Counted from the first letter of the stretch, positions 48,338 to 58,591 are shown. The stretch is DNA of 64,000 bases from Myxococcota bacterium (GCA_963674735.2 CAXXQS010000002.1:1248001-1312000); one strand, 5' to 3'. Notes: generated by a model not told the origin, from the sequence alone. Numbers and translations are program-made.

Positions 48338-49207
48338 TTAGCCGGAAATGGTGGCGAGATAGCCGGCCAGAGCGTCGCGCCAGTGCGGCAGACGATCGAG
48401 CCCGGCGGCGCGCAAGCGGGCGTTATCGAGTACCGAATAAGGCGGACGGACGGCCACGCTGCCGTATTCCCGGGTGGTGACCGGCGTCAGGTCGGCCTGC
48501 AATCCGGCCAGTTCGAACAGAGCCTGGGTGAAGGAATACCAACTGCACTGACCCTGGCAGGTGGCGTGCACGATACCGGTCAGATCGTGAACGGCCAGTT
48601 CGAGCACCAGCTGCGCCAAGGGTTGTGTCCAGGTTGGGGTGCAGATTTGGTCGGCCACGACTTTGATGGGACGGCCTTCACGGGCCATTTTCAGCATGAT
48701 CAGGGGGAAATTGTAGGCCTTGCCGTTGGGCGGTGTTTGGCCGTAAAGGCCGCAAGTGCGGATGATGACTGAGTTTTCGCAATACGCGCGGATCAGGTTC
48801 TCGCCCGCATATTTGCTGGCGGCATACACCGATTGCGGGTTGGGGCGGGCCGTTTCGTTAAGCGGCTCGGCCTCCGGCGTTTCATGGAAAACGTAATCGG
48901 TGGAGAAGTGGATCAGGCGCGTTCCGTTCAGTTCACAACTGCGCGCCAGTTTGTAGGCGGCGATGGTATTGACGGCAAATGCGTCCTCGGGGGTTTCTTC
49001 GCAGCGATCGACGTCGTGATAGGCGGCCAGGTTGATCACCGTATCCGGTCGCTCGTCGTTCAAGAGGGTGTCGATGCCGTGGGCGTCGCGCACATCGATC
49101 TGGGGGAAGTCCACGCCGCCGACCCGCTGCTCTTGGTGGTCCTGCGCCGCCCGCATGATATCCGATCCCAGTTGACCTTTCGCACCGATGACGATGGTTT
49201 TCGACAT
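48338..49207 (-). CDS. rfbD: dTDP-4-dehydrorhamnose reductase
   Basis: GAKGQLG, STDYVF, YAASK, DQICTPT and RPPYSVL. Confidence 0.94.
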   Translation of the reverse strand: MSKTIVIGAKGQLGSDIMRAAQDHQEQRVGGVDFPQIDVRDAHGIDTLLNDERPDTVINLAAYHDVDRCEETPEDAFAVNTIAAYKLARSCELNGTRLIHFSTDYVFHETPEAEPLNETARPNPQSVYAASKYAGENLIRAYCENSVIIRTCGLYGQTPPNGKAYNFPLIMLKMAREGRPIKVVADQICTPTWTQPLAQLVLELAVHDLTGIVHATCQGQCSWYSFTQALFELAGLQADLTPVTTREYGSVAVRPPYSVLDNARLRAAGLDRLPHWRDALAGYLATISG

Positions 49208-49221
49208 GACCGCGTTTCCTC

Positions 49222-50193
49222 TCACAGGTCGAGCGGAGTGGGGATGAACTGGCCGAATTGCACCCCGAAGATCATGGCAAAGCCGTCGGCCAGCCGCGCT
49301 TCACCGAAGGGTTCGGCCAGCAAATAACTCATGGCGACCGAGATTTTGGCGAAGCTGGCTACGTTGGCGTCGATGCCGACCATGGGTTGGAAGGCCAGGA
49401 AGGTGGAATGACGGTTGTAATGAGTGCTGACGTTTTGGATGTCGAGCGAGGATACCGACAATTCGGAATCGTAACCCGCGCCGCCCACGCCGAGTAAAAA
49501 GCCCAGGGGAAACTCGATGGTGTCGCCCATGCGGAAGACGTATTCGGCGGTAATTCCGCCATAACCACCCGTTATCCGGCGACTTTTTGATATGGGAAAG
49601 AGGTCGCTCGACAGCTTGAGGTTCTCGCCGTTTTCGCCGAATCCTCCGGCTCCCATGCCGCCGATACGCCATTGGTCGTTGTCGCCCAGATAGGTGTAAC
49701 CGCGACCGCCGAAGAAGAAGCTGGGGCCGTCGAAATCGCCGTAGGCGCTGTTGAAGCTGTTGAAAAGAATCATGAAAATGGGACCGCCGCCCGCCCGGTG
49801 ACGTTTGCAGGCGCAGGCCGTGGTGCAACGCTCGCGACAGGCCTCGCTGACCGGTGCCGCTTCATTGCCGACGAGCGTATCAGCGGGAACGGCTTCATCG
49901 CCGGGAATTTCCTCGTCCGCGTCGGTCTGCTCCGCTTCGGCGGGTTCGTCGATGTTTTCGGGTTCCGCATCCTGGACGACTTCAGCCGATGTTTCCTCTA
50001 CGCCGGTCGGGATGGCTTCCGTCGTTTCTGCGGCTGTGTCGGCGGGCGTCTCCGTTTCAACGACGGCCTCGGCAGTCGGGTCCGGGTCGGGGGCGTCTGC
50101 GGGAGCCGCGGGAGGCGCAGCGGATTCTTGGGCGTAAAGCGGCCATGCGGCCAACAGCAGCAACACGCAAGCCAAGCGGCACAACACCTGCAT
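49222..50193 (-). CDS. Hypothetical exported/outer-membrane protein with acidic Pro/Ala/Glu linker
   Basis: GGGAGG RBS, signal peptide, Gly/aromatic strands, VQFG near the C-terminus. Confidence 0.65.
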   Translation of the reverse strand: MQVLCRLACVLLLLAAWPLYAQESAAPPAAPADAPDPDPTAEAVVETETPADTAAETTEAIPTGVEETSAEVVQDAEPENIDEPAEAEQTDADEEIPGDEAVPADTLVGNEAAPVSEACRERCTTACACKRHRAGGGPIFMILFNSFNSAYGDFDGPSFFFGGRGYTYLGDNDQWRIGGMGAGGFGENGENLKLSSDLFPISKSRRITGGYGGITAEYVFRMGDTIEFPLGFLLGVGGAGYDSELSVSSLDIQNVSTHYNRHSTFLAFQPMVGIDANVASFAKISVAMSYLLAEPFGEARLADGFAMIFGVQFGQFIPTPLDL

Positions 50194-50346
50194 CTCAACC
50201 TCCCGGGAGAATGATGAAAACGGAATCGTCTTGGCGAGCATCATAGCAGACTCGCGCATGCCGGGCAACCGATGGATGTTTGAGTGGGGGCGGGAGTCGA
50301 GGTCAGTGCGGCTGACGTAAGAAGAACAATGCCCGGCAAGTGCTGA

Positions 50347-52752
50347 CTATTCCGGTGGATGGCGAAAGTTTTCGTCGGTGGTGCGGAGGGCTAACCTTCC
50401 TTCGCGTCCGGCAAACAATATTTCACCATTAGGTAACAACTCAATGCGTAATGGGGATGCACCATATTCGTCTTCATACGTCGTATTTTTCATGGCCTGA
50501 TAGGCTTCGGAAAAGATAATATCAGGGATTTCCAGATTTCCAAAAGCGATTTGCATGTATCCGGTTTGTGGACTCCACTCCAACATACCACCTCGTAGTG
50601 ATGCAATCCAGCGATCGTCATTTAGTTGCACAGCGTCAGTTATATATGGGTAAACGTTATCATCATCCAGAGGCGGCAATATTTGAGCAAGCGTTCCGTT
50701 TTCTGTATCAATTGCAGTCAAGCCGCCTGCGCCGCAATAAAGTAGTTGCTGGTTGTGAGAGCGCAAATAACCCCGTGTATTCAGATTGGCAACAAGTTCG
50801 CCTTCTCCTTCCCGTAAACGAAATACATAGTATGGGAAAGCATAATTGGTGACCTGCAGATAAATTTCCCCTCGATGGCGCACGAGCAGGTATGGTGTGT
50901 AAGTCTCCGAAATCGGCAACTCAACTTCATTCCAATCGGCGGCGGAGATGTTTTCTGCCGGTTTCTGCATGGCCCAACGAGGAAGAAAATAGAGTTTTCC
51001 CCTTTTAAGGAAATCCCCCTCTCCACTCCATGCAACGACATAAAGTCCGTCGTTGTCTTCAATCACAGACTGGCCGACGACCCAATCAGGCTTGGGGCCT
51101 GAAATATGTATCGGTGAACCGTCGTCTTCAATCCGCAACATATCCGGAAACTCACCGACTGCCCAGATGTAGCGTCCGGCATCGTCAAGCGCACGCACAC
51201 TCTCGGAGCCGGGAAAGGCCTCTTCCCATTCGTGGCAATCGGTGCGACGCATGACAGGCGTGTGATAACCGGCGGCATGAACGCGAAAGTTCCCCTGATC
51301 ATCCTCGCCTACGACCAAGGAACGGAAATAAGAAGGAACGATTTCAACTGGAGGTTTGGCCAGCGGATGCGACCAGATTTCCTCGAAACGGTCTTGTTCG
51401 GCGTTGTAACGATAGGGAAAGGAGTTGCTGAGTAGAAAAATATCGCCGGTTACAGAGTTTTTCGCAATCTGTCTGGGAAGCCAATTATAGATTATATTGT
51501 CTATAGGGCCTAAAGGTGCGACGGAGTTCCAATCAGAACTTCCGGGGAGCATGCGTTGGAAATGCGAATCGTTTGGGCCGTCAACGTTGCTTTTTCCTCC
51601 CCACAAAATACCGCTTTCAAAATCTTTATAAACAATCCAAGGCACGTCGCCCACCACTTGACGTGTGATCGTAATGGGATCACCCAGAATGCCTTCCACG
51701 TTGATTGAATACCCTGCGGCAACAAACTCCCCGCTAACCGGGTTGACATTGCCTGAAAGAAATGGGTTGTAGTTATTTTCCGGATCTTCCATCTGCCATG
51801 CAAGATCAAACAGCATAGTGTCTTCATTAAGGGTGTAAATGGCAGCAAACCAGTCTGCAGGACCTTCCTCTTTATAATAGACTGTTGATCCCAAATAATA
51901 CTGTTTTCCCGCGAATTCTGTAATCTCGCTACCCAATCCCATGCTGCCGATGCTGTCGTCGCTTGGCGAAAGATGGAGTATCTGTTGGCCATCCCATACC
52001 GAAGCGTAATGCATCGTTGTAAGCAACGGATAGATGAATATTCGTCCTTGATTATCGACGAACGACTTCGTTTGATGAGCATATTCAGGTCCTGTCTGAA
52101 AAAGCTGTGAAAAAGATTGCTCACGCTCGCCGTACATGCTTAAAAGATAGCAATAGTCGCCAGAGATGTTTATCGATTGAATGGTAAACCACTCCCCATC
52201 TTCACGTTCAACCGGAACATGGCCCTGTGAGTAGCTGAAAGGCCAGCAAAAAGTAATAGGGTCCAGTTGTGGAAAATATAGCACCGTCTGTTTTGGGCTT
52301 GAAAAATACTGAGTCGCATCATCCGACTGTCCGATCGTTTGGTACGGAATACTGACTACTCGCGGAAAATCCAACATCCATTGCGACAACCGCCGTTCGG
52401 GCAACGGACAGACGCCATGGTTCGGATAGGAAATGTCGCTTTCGACGGGTAGTTCCTCCGTTTCAAGGTCTTTGCCGTCATCATCGACAGCATCGATTTC
52501 ATCTTCCGCTTCCGTTTCCGTGTCGCTATCTCCGTAATCCTCGTCTAAATCTCCATCGGGTAAACCATCTAAATCAACGAACTCTTCAGCTTCGTAGATA
52601 TCGGCTTGTTCACCATCGAGATCGCCATCCTCGATGGGCAAGTCTTCATCGCCCGTCGGGTTGAAAAAATCTTTGTCCCCCTCTCCACCGACCTGCGAGG
52701 AGGAACATGCGAAGAGGAGGAGGAAGCATATTAATGTAATTGTGTAATGCAA
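50347..52752 (-). CDS. Large lipoprotein, possibly beta-propeller-like (AT-richer islet)
   Basis: TTG start, lipobox LFAC, acidic DGD linker, IWAVG and ILFAG strand motifs. Confidence 0.65.
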   Translation of the reverse strand: MHYTITLICFLLLFACSSSQVGGEGDKDFFNPTGDEDLPIEDGDLDGEQADIYEAEEFVDLDGLPDGDLDEDYGDSDTETEAEDEIDAVDDDGKDLETEELPVESDISYPNHGVCPLPERRLSQWMLDFPRVVSIPYQTIGQSDDATQYFSSPKQTVLYFPQLDPITFCWPFSYSQGHVPVEREDGEWFTIQSINISGDYCYLLSMYGEREQSFSQLFQTGPEYAHQTKSFVDNQGRIFIYPLLTTMHYASVWDGQQILHLSPSDDSIGSMGLGSEITEFAGKQYYLGSTVYYKEEGPADWFAAIYTLNEDTMLFDLAWQMEDPENNYNPFLSGNVNPVSGEFVAAGYSINVEGILGDPITITRQVVGDVPWIVYKDFESGILWGGKSNVDGPNDSHFQRMLPGSSDWNSVAPLGPIDNIIYNWLPRQIAKNSVTGDIFLLSNSFPYRYNAEQDRFEEIWSHPLAKPPVEIVPSYFRSLVVGEDDQGNFRVHAAGYHTPVMRRTDCHEWEEAFPGSESVRALDDAGRYIWAVGEFPDMLRIEDDGSPIHISGPKPDWVVGQSVIEDNDGLYVVAWSGEGDFLKRGKLYFLPRWAMQKPAENISAADWNEVELPISETYTPYLLVRHRGEIYLQVTNYAFPYYVFRLREGEGELVANLNTRGYLRSHNQQLLYCGAGGLTAIDTENGTLAQILPPLDDDNVYPYITDAVQLNDDRWIASLRGGMLEWSPQTGYMQIAFGNLEIPDIIFSEAYQAMKNTTYEDEYGASPLRIELLPNGEILFAGREGRLALRTTDENFRHPPE

Positions 52753-52755
52753 TTC

Positions 52756-55437
52756 TTACCACCCACACAAGAATTGATTATCCGGATCCCACTGATTAAG
52801 ATACGGGTTAGGAACACTTATAGTACCGGTAAATGAAGTTGTATATGGATATCTGCCGTCATTAGCGCCTAATAAGCTTGTCCAGTTTCTACCAATATTC
52901 CATGTAGTATTATCCCCCACAAACATTAGATGAAAAGGATCTTCATGAATTCCCGTGTAAATTTCTATTTTATTCGCAAGCTGCTCTCCGCCAACATTCA
53001 CCACACCGGGAGGCGGGTTATTTGTCGTGTTCAAGTAGTTTATTCCCCACTCGACTTTCATATTATTGCACGTGATTGAACTAGAAGAAGAAAGTCCTAT
53101 ACTCTGTCCATGCAATATATTTATTCCAAGAACCATGTAATCAATGATATTCTTACGGATAATGACTCCAGACTCAGGCTGAACAAAAAATGCGATACCA
53201 ATACCTATGGTGTTTGGAAAATCATTCGAAAAAGTATTATATTCTGCCAAGCAATTCATGTTTCCATCTGTCAGATCGCCCGTTAACTTAACACCAAAAT
53301 CTGGACCCATAAACGTATTATGGTAAATATTCCAGCCCTTACAAGTATAGTTTCCATCTAGACCAATGTACTTAATATTTTGTTCAAGGTCTCTTGACAT
53401 GGTGTTATTACTAATTGTGGATTCAGGGGCGTACTGAAGGAGAATACCTGTTCTGTTGTCTACACTACCTTGCACGGGCGTAAATTCGATAACGTTGTCG
53501 TGGATTTCACAACCTTCAGTCTGATTGTATATATCCATGCCACTCCAAATATTGGTTGCATGCACTTTCTGAACGATGCAACCGGAATCGGTTCCAAAAC
53601 CGTCGTTATCCAGTGTAATCGCGTAGTTACTGCCAGCATTATTTTCTTTACCGGTGATATATACATCTCCGTCGTTCATTCCACCTATAACCGTATCTGC
53701 GCTTAGTTCCACATTTATGGCTCCGAGAAGATTTGCATCTGTGTTCGCAATCTCTGTACTCTGCGCCAGGAAATGGTCGCTTTGTTCGACTTTTATACCA
53801 TACGAGCATTCATACAAATCAATTACACCAGAATCTTCAAGATTTCCAACCCAGGAAACATTATTGCTATACTGGGTATATACACATGGGTTGTCATTAT
53901 CCACCCCCCACACCCAATTTTGTTCGAGTGATGTATCGTTCGAATTAAATATGTATATTCCATACTGTTCGTCTAGATTGCTATAGACTATATTTCCTAT
54001 TACCGTCGCTTCTCTCAAAGCATCAGACTCGTAGTATATTCCATAGCCTGTGAATCCGCTAACAATATTCCATTTTACCAGGCTATCAGCTCGGTTGGCT
54101 TCTAGTTTGATCGGGGAGTTCCACGATATATTGTTTCCGTTCAAAAGGATATCGTTGTCCTGGATCTGAACGTACTCGCCCGTATCGTCCAAGTCTGAAA
54201 CGCTGGAGATGCGAACCGCGTACGGAACGCTGATGCTTGGATTTAGACTATTATCAAGGCTACAATTGAAAATATTGTTCAAAATTCTTATCTGATCGAA
54301 ATCTTCATTTAGGTTTATCCAAATACCCCTTCCCCAGAAGTCGTTGAAATAATTCTGAGGTATTGCCATACCAGAGGATGCTCCTATTTGAATATCACCG
54401 TCCCCTTCATGATAGAGGAGATCGCGAAAGCCTTCAACCGTTGAACTAAACATACTAATATCGCCATCATAGCGGCTGTAAAAAGCCCAGGACTGGGGAC
54501 AACTCGTACTGCATGAAAATGTTGAATTCATGACGTTGAGAGGTCCGCCATCCATGGTTGTGCGAGCGCTGGTATAGGTGGGATTCCCGAAGGTGATGTC
54601 GGCGCCGTCAATGGTTAAACCGCCCTCATTCTTCATCCAAATGCGGTTCGCCACGTAGACATCGGATGTGTTCGTAATAGCAAGTGTGTCGGATAGTGTT
54701 GATTCGCATTGAATTCTGTCGTTAACATTCAAATTTGTTTCGGATAAGGATGCCTTGCCTCCTGAAATAATATATAAATCGTCCCCAAGATTGATGTCTG
54801 GCCGATAACTCGAACTCGTTTGCGAAATGAATTGGGAGCCTGTTCCCTCGATGTGAAGATCGCCACCCGCTGTGAAATCACAGCCACGATCGTAAACGAC
54901 ACAACCATTCAGGATCTTGACGCTTCCACCGACGTTCGACGGCGGGCAGGAGAAGGGATAGGTCCAATAAACGTTTCCAGCTCCGCTGCACACGTAATCG
55001 CTTCCGCTCCAATTGCAGGTGCAAGATGTCAATAGCAAAGATTCCGCCTGCATGGACGCGGACAACGATTCCGCCGATGAACGCTCGGGTACATCGTTGT
55101 CATCGTAGAAGCATTCACGCGTTTCTTCGTTGAATTCACCCGGGCAGTTGTCGGCCGTGCGCCGGTCGATGAGATCGTCCTCGGTCAAAACAAGGGGTTC
55201 CCGTTGGTCCCGCACACGGTTGCGACTCTGAAGCTTTTCATGCAGCGACGGTGTTTCGAGGCCGTCAACGAAATCATCGGCCGTCAGGCCCAAGCGATCC
55301 ATGAGACTTTGCTCGTTGGCATCGTTAGCTGTTCTGTTGCGTTCGCTACCCCAAACCGGCGTGGCAACAAACGCCAACAGAGCCATAACCACCAATCCTA
55401 ACCATTCCAACCGAACCAGCTTGGCTTGACGTGACAT
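52756..55437 (-). CDS. Secreted right-handed parallel beta-helix protein (AT-richer islet)
   Basis: Signal peptide; recurrent I..N and GI patterns; rich in Asn/Ile/Ser; GGAG before ATG 55437. Confidence 0.7.
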   Translation of the reverse strand: MSRQAKLVRLEWLGLVVMALLAFVATPVWGSERNRTANDANEQSLMDRLGLTADDFVDGLETPSLHEKLQSRNRVRDQREPLVLTEDDLIDRRTADNCPGEFNEETRECFYDDNDVPERSSAESLSASMQAESLLLTSCTCNWSGSDYVCSGAGNVYWTYPFSCPPSNVGGSVKILNGCVVYDRGCDFTAGGDLHIEGTGSQFISQTSSSYRPDINLGDDLYIISGGKASLSETNLNVNDRIQCESTLSDTLAITNTSDVYVANRIWMKNEGGLTIDGADITFGNPTYTSARTTMDGGPLNVMNSTFSCSTSCPQSWAFYSRYDGDISMFSSTVEGFRDLLYHEGDGDIQIGASSGMAIPQNYFNDFWGRGIWINLNEDFDQIRILNNIFNCSLDNSLNPSISVPYAVRISSVSDLDDTGEYVQIQDNDILLNGNNISWNSPIKLEANRADSLVKWNIVSGFTGYGIYYESDALREATVIGNIVYSNLDEQYGIYIFNSNDTSLEQNWVWGVDNDNPCVYTQYSNNVSWVGNLEDSGVIDLYECSYGIKVEQSDHFLAQSTEIANTDANLLGAINVELSADTVIGGMNDGDVYITGKENNAGSNYAITLDNDGFGTDSGCIVQKVHATNIWSGMDIYNQTEGCEIHDNVIEFTPVQGSVDNRTGILLQYAPESTISNNTMSRDLEQNIKYIGLDGNYTCKGWNIYHNTFMGPDFGVKLTGDLTDGNMNCLAEYNTFSNDFPNTIGIGIAFFVQPESGVIIRKNIIDYMVLGINILHGQSIGLSSSSSITCNNMKVEWGINYLNTTNNPPPGVVNVGGEQLANKIEIYTGIHEDPFHLMFVGDNTTWNIGRNWTSLLGANDGRYPYTTSFTGTISVPNPYLNQWDPDNQFLCGW

Positions 55438-55590
55438 GGGCAACTCCATTTGTTATAATTTATTCGATCATGATTCAATATTTATCGAGAATGAGGCGGA
55501 CTGTCAAGCAATAATCATGCATGTGACGTATTCTGACACACCGTGGGCTATAATAATTATATCTTGTATATGGTAAATTGAAATCACCAC

Positions 55591-55614
55591 AAAAAAAACC
55601 GCCCCGAAGGGCGG
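55591..55614 (-). terminator. Intrinsic terminator after cooC
   Basis: Minus strand CCGCCC-TTCG-GGGCGG followed by T8. Confidence 0.88.
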
Positions 55615-55637
55615 CGTATATGGTAACCGACGAGCGT

Positions 55638-56399
55638 TTAGAACGTGGCGTGCTCGACAACCAGATCGGACACCGCTTTCACCGATGGTGAATCGTCGTC
55701 CATTTCGAACAGGCTGCGTTGAGACATGTCGAAGTCCATCAGGGCCGGATCGCTGGGAACCGAGGCCCAGATGGGCAGGCCGATGTCTTCCACTTCCTTC
55801 AAAAAGGCCGGATCCAGTTCGGCGGGGGCACGGTTGACCACGATGCCGCGATTTTTGATGGTCAGATTCAAGCTGTCGATCAAATCGTTGATGCGCCGGA
55901 CGGCCCGCAGACCGCGCAGGGCGTGGTCGGTCACCAGCCACAGACTGTCCACCGCGTGGGTGGTGCGGCGGCTCAGATGCTCCATGCCCGCTTCATTGTC
56001 CACCACCAGATACTTGTAATTGTTGGCCAGTTCCTCCGAGTAGTGGCGCAGGATGTTGTTGATGAAGCAATAGCAGCCCGGTCCTTCCTGGCGACCCATG
56101 ACGAGCAGGTCGTAGCCGGTTTCTTCGATCATGATACGGTTGAGCATCATGGTGAAATAGACGTCTTTGCTCATGCCCGCCGGTACCGCGCCTTTGGCTT
56201 GGAAGAAATCTTCGCGCATATCGCCGATGGTGCGTTCGCCGATATCGATGCCCAGGCTTTCGCCCAGGTTGCTGTTGGGATCGGCGTCCACCGCCAGAAC
56301 CGGGGTGAGGGCCGCTTGGACCAGATGACGTACCGCCAGAGCGGCGACGGTTGTTTTTCCGGTGCCGCCTTTTCCGGCGACGGCGATGACCTTGCTCAT
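55638..56399 (-). CDS. cooC: CooC/AcsF nickel-insertion ATPase
   Basis: GKGGTGKTT, DADPN, GPGCYC and DNEAGMEHLSR. Confidence 0.92.
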   Translation of the reverse strand: MSKVIAVAGKGGTGKTTVAALAVRHLVQAALTPVLAVDADPNSNLGESLGIDIGERTIGDMREDFFQAKGAVPAGMSKDVYFTMMLNRIMIEETGYDLLVMGRQEGPGCYCFINNILRHYSEELANNYKYLVVDNEAGMEHLSRRTTHAVDSLWLVTDHALRGLRAVRRINDLIDSLNLTIKNRGIVVNRAPAELDPAFLKEVEDIGLPIWASVPSDPALMDFDMSQRSLFEMDDDSPSVKAVSDLVVEHATF

Positions 56400-56500
56400 G
56401 AGTTCGTCTCCCTGTCGTTGAGGATTCGAGATTACAGACAAATCCGTTGGTGTTTTCAGCTCAGCACAAGATAGAGCATCCGCTCAACCTGCCTATTCCG

Positions 56501-58468
56501 TCAGCCGTCTTTTTGTCGGCGCAGCAATTCGGTTACGGCGGGAAAAAGATGCCCGGCGGTATGGGGTAAAAACATACCGGCGACGTAGTCGTCCATAAAA
56601 CGCGGGTTCACGCCCAGATCGATATACGTGATGCGATGCGCCAGGGCTTCGGACCAGCGGAAGCCATCCATACATTGGGCGGTGAGACGCGCCCCGGCCA
56701 GCGAACCGTTGCCGATGAAGCGGAAGCGGTCGAGGGGCAGATCCGGCAGCAGTCCGATGGTGATGGCGCGTTCCACGTCCAGGCTCTGGCCGAAACTTCC
56801 GGCGATCAGCACCTGGTCGAACATGGACGGATCCATGCCCACCTCGCTCATCAGGGTGGTGATACCCGCAAACACGGCCGCTTTGGCGCGCAGCAGATTT
56901 TCGACATCCACTTCGGTGAGCGTGATGTCCTGACCGCCCGCGCTGTTGGCCGCTTCCACCAGCACGTATTCGAGACCGTCCTCGGTTTCGCGCAGGCGGC
57001 GGATGCCGTCGGGAGCGATGTATTTTCCGTTGGGCTGCAACACCCCGGCCAAAAACAGCGCCGCGACGGTGTTGATCAAGCCCGATCCGCAGATGCCGTT
57101 GGCGCGCGCCTGACCGATGGTCAGCACCATCGGTTCGGCATCGGGGCCGTTGAGATGGAAATCTTCGATAGCGCCCTTCATGGCGCGCACGCCATGTTTG
57201 ATGCCGCCGCCCTCAAACGCCGGACCCGCCGAGCAGGAAGCCGACATCAGAAATTCCTTGTTGCCCACCACGATCTCGCCATTGGTACCCAGATCGATGT
57301 AGAGCGTCATGGGGTCGTCGTCGGTGAAGCCCGCCACCAGCGCCCCGGCCACGATATCGCCGCCCACCCAGGCGGATACGTTGGGGATACTGAACAGCGG
57401 GGCCTGAGAATCGAGAGAAAGGCCCAGCGTGGCCGCCTTGACCGGCGGGAAAAAGCGTGTGACCGGCACATGGGGTGCAAGCTGGATATGGCGCGGGTCC
57501 ACTTCCAGCAGGATGTGCGACATGGTGGTGTTACCGGCGGCGACGGCGTAAGCCAGCGAGGTGAGCGGCAAGCCGCATTGTTCCGCCATTTGTTCGAGCA
57601 GGCGGTTCATGGTGTCCACCACCGCCTGGCGCACGCGTGAGAGTCCACCTTCTTTTTTACAGGCCAGGATGCGGTTGATGACGTCGGCTCCGAAACGGAT
57701 CTGGTCGTTGTAATCGGCCGCCTCGGCCAGGACCGTGCCCGCCTTCAGGTCGAGCCATTGGGCCCAAACCGACGTGGTGCCGATATCGAACGCGACGGCA
57801 TACAGCTTTTCGCTCGTGTCGCCCGTTTCGAGGTTGACCAAAAGCGGCAAGCCGCCACAGATGGCATCGTCGCGCTGAGCGGACAGGGTGGCCGTTACCT
57901 GGCCGTCTTGTTCGCGCAGGACCGTGGGCATGCGGCGCATCAGTTCGATGTCGATCAAGGATCCGCGTAGCGGAACGCCTTGTTTTTCCAAGGCGGCGGC
58001 CAGACGAAAACGGTCGGTACTGCCGACGTCTGCCGCGGGCGGTTCGACGGTGACGCACTGTTTGGTCAGAAGCGGCGAAACACCGCATTCGTGCACGCGT
58101 GCATCGGCGTCCAGACCGGTCAGACGCACCCGGCGGGTCGAGCCCTCACTGCGGCTGGGTAGCGTGCCGGTTACGCGCGTCGCTTCCGGGACGGTCACGG
58201 TGCAATCGCCCAATACCTCGCAACGGCAGGCCAGAACGCCCGCTTCCTGCTCGTCTTCGTGCAGGTAATCCGCTTCACTCAGGCGGTAATCGCCCTGAAC
58301 CTCGACGCGGCATTTTCCGCACACGCCCGCACCGCCGCAGGTTGCGTCGATATGAATGCCGTGATCCACCGCCACCTTGAGCAGGTTGTCGCCGACGGCG
58401 GCTTCGGCAATGATGTTGTCGGGAATGAACGTGATGTGGCAGGTTTCGATCTCGCTTGGGGAACGCAT
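56501..58468 (-). CDS. ASKHA ATPase reductive activator of corrinoid proteins (RACo/AcsV)
   Basis: [2Fe-2S] motif CGGAGVCGKC...LAC; DIGTT, GADVINRI, GNTTM, DLGTNGE, AGPAFEG and GICGSG. Confidence 0.92.
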   Translation of the reverse strand: MRSPSEIETCHITFIPDNIIAEAAVGDNLLKVAVDHGIHIDATCGGAGVCGKCRVEVQGDYRLSEADYLHEDEQEAGVLACRCEVLGDCTVTVPEATRVTGTLPSRSEGSTRRVRLTGLDADARVHECGVSPLLTKQCVTVEPPAADVGSTDRFRLAAALEKQGVPLRGSLIDIELMRRMPTVLREQDGQVTATLSAQRDDAICGGLPLLVNLETGDTSEKLYAVAFDIGTTSVWAQWLDLKAGTVLAEAADYNDQIRFGADVINRILACKKEGGLSRVRQAVVDTMNRLLEQMAEQCGLPLTSLAYAVAAGNTTMSHILLEVDPRHIQLAPHVPVTRFFPPVKAATLGLSLDSQAPLFSIPNVSAWVGGDIVAGALVAGFTDDDPMTLYIDLGTNGEIVVGNKEFLMSASCSAGPAFEGGGIKHGVRAMKGAIEDFHLNGPDAEPMVLTIGQARANGICGSGLINTVAALFLAGVLQPNGKYIAPDGIRRLRETEDGLEYVLVEAANSAGGQDITLTEVDVENLLRAKAAVFAGITTLMSEVGMDPSMFDQVLIAGSFGQSLDVERAITIGLLPDLPLDRFRFIGNGSLAGARLTAQCMDGFRWSEALAHRITYIDLGVNPRFMDDYVAGMFLPHTAGHLFPAVTELLRRQKDG

Positions 58469-58550
58469 GGGCAGACCCTCCAGGAAACGTGTATGACTTC
58501 CAACGATCGATCCGCAGCATGGTAACACGGGTGCGGCGAGACTTGAAGAG

Positions 58551-58580
58551 AAAAGGACGGGCCTCGGCCGAGACCCGTCC
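58551..58580 (-). terminator. Terminator-like hairpin after folD
   Basis: Minus strand GGACGGGTCTCG..CGAGGCCCGTCC followed by TTTT. Confidence 0.55.
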
Positions 58581-58591
58581 CGATCGAGTGA

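Noticed and set aside
50347-55600. Prophage, IS or integrative element
   Set aside because: No integrase, transposase, phage gene, tRNA target or terminal repeats at both ends were seen.
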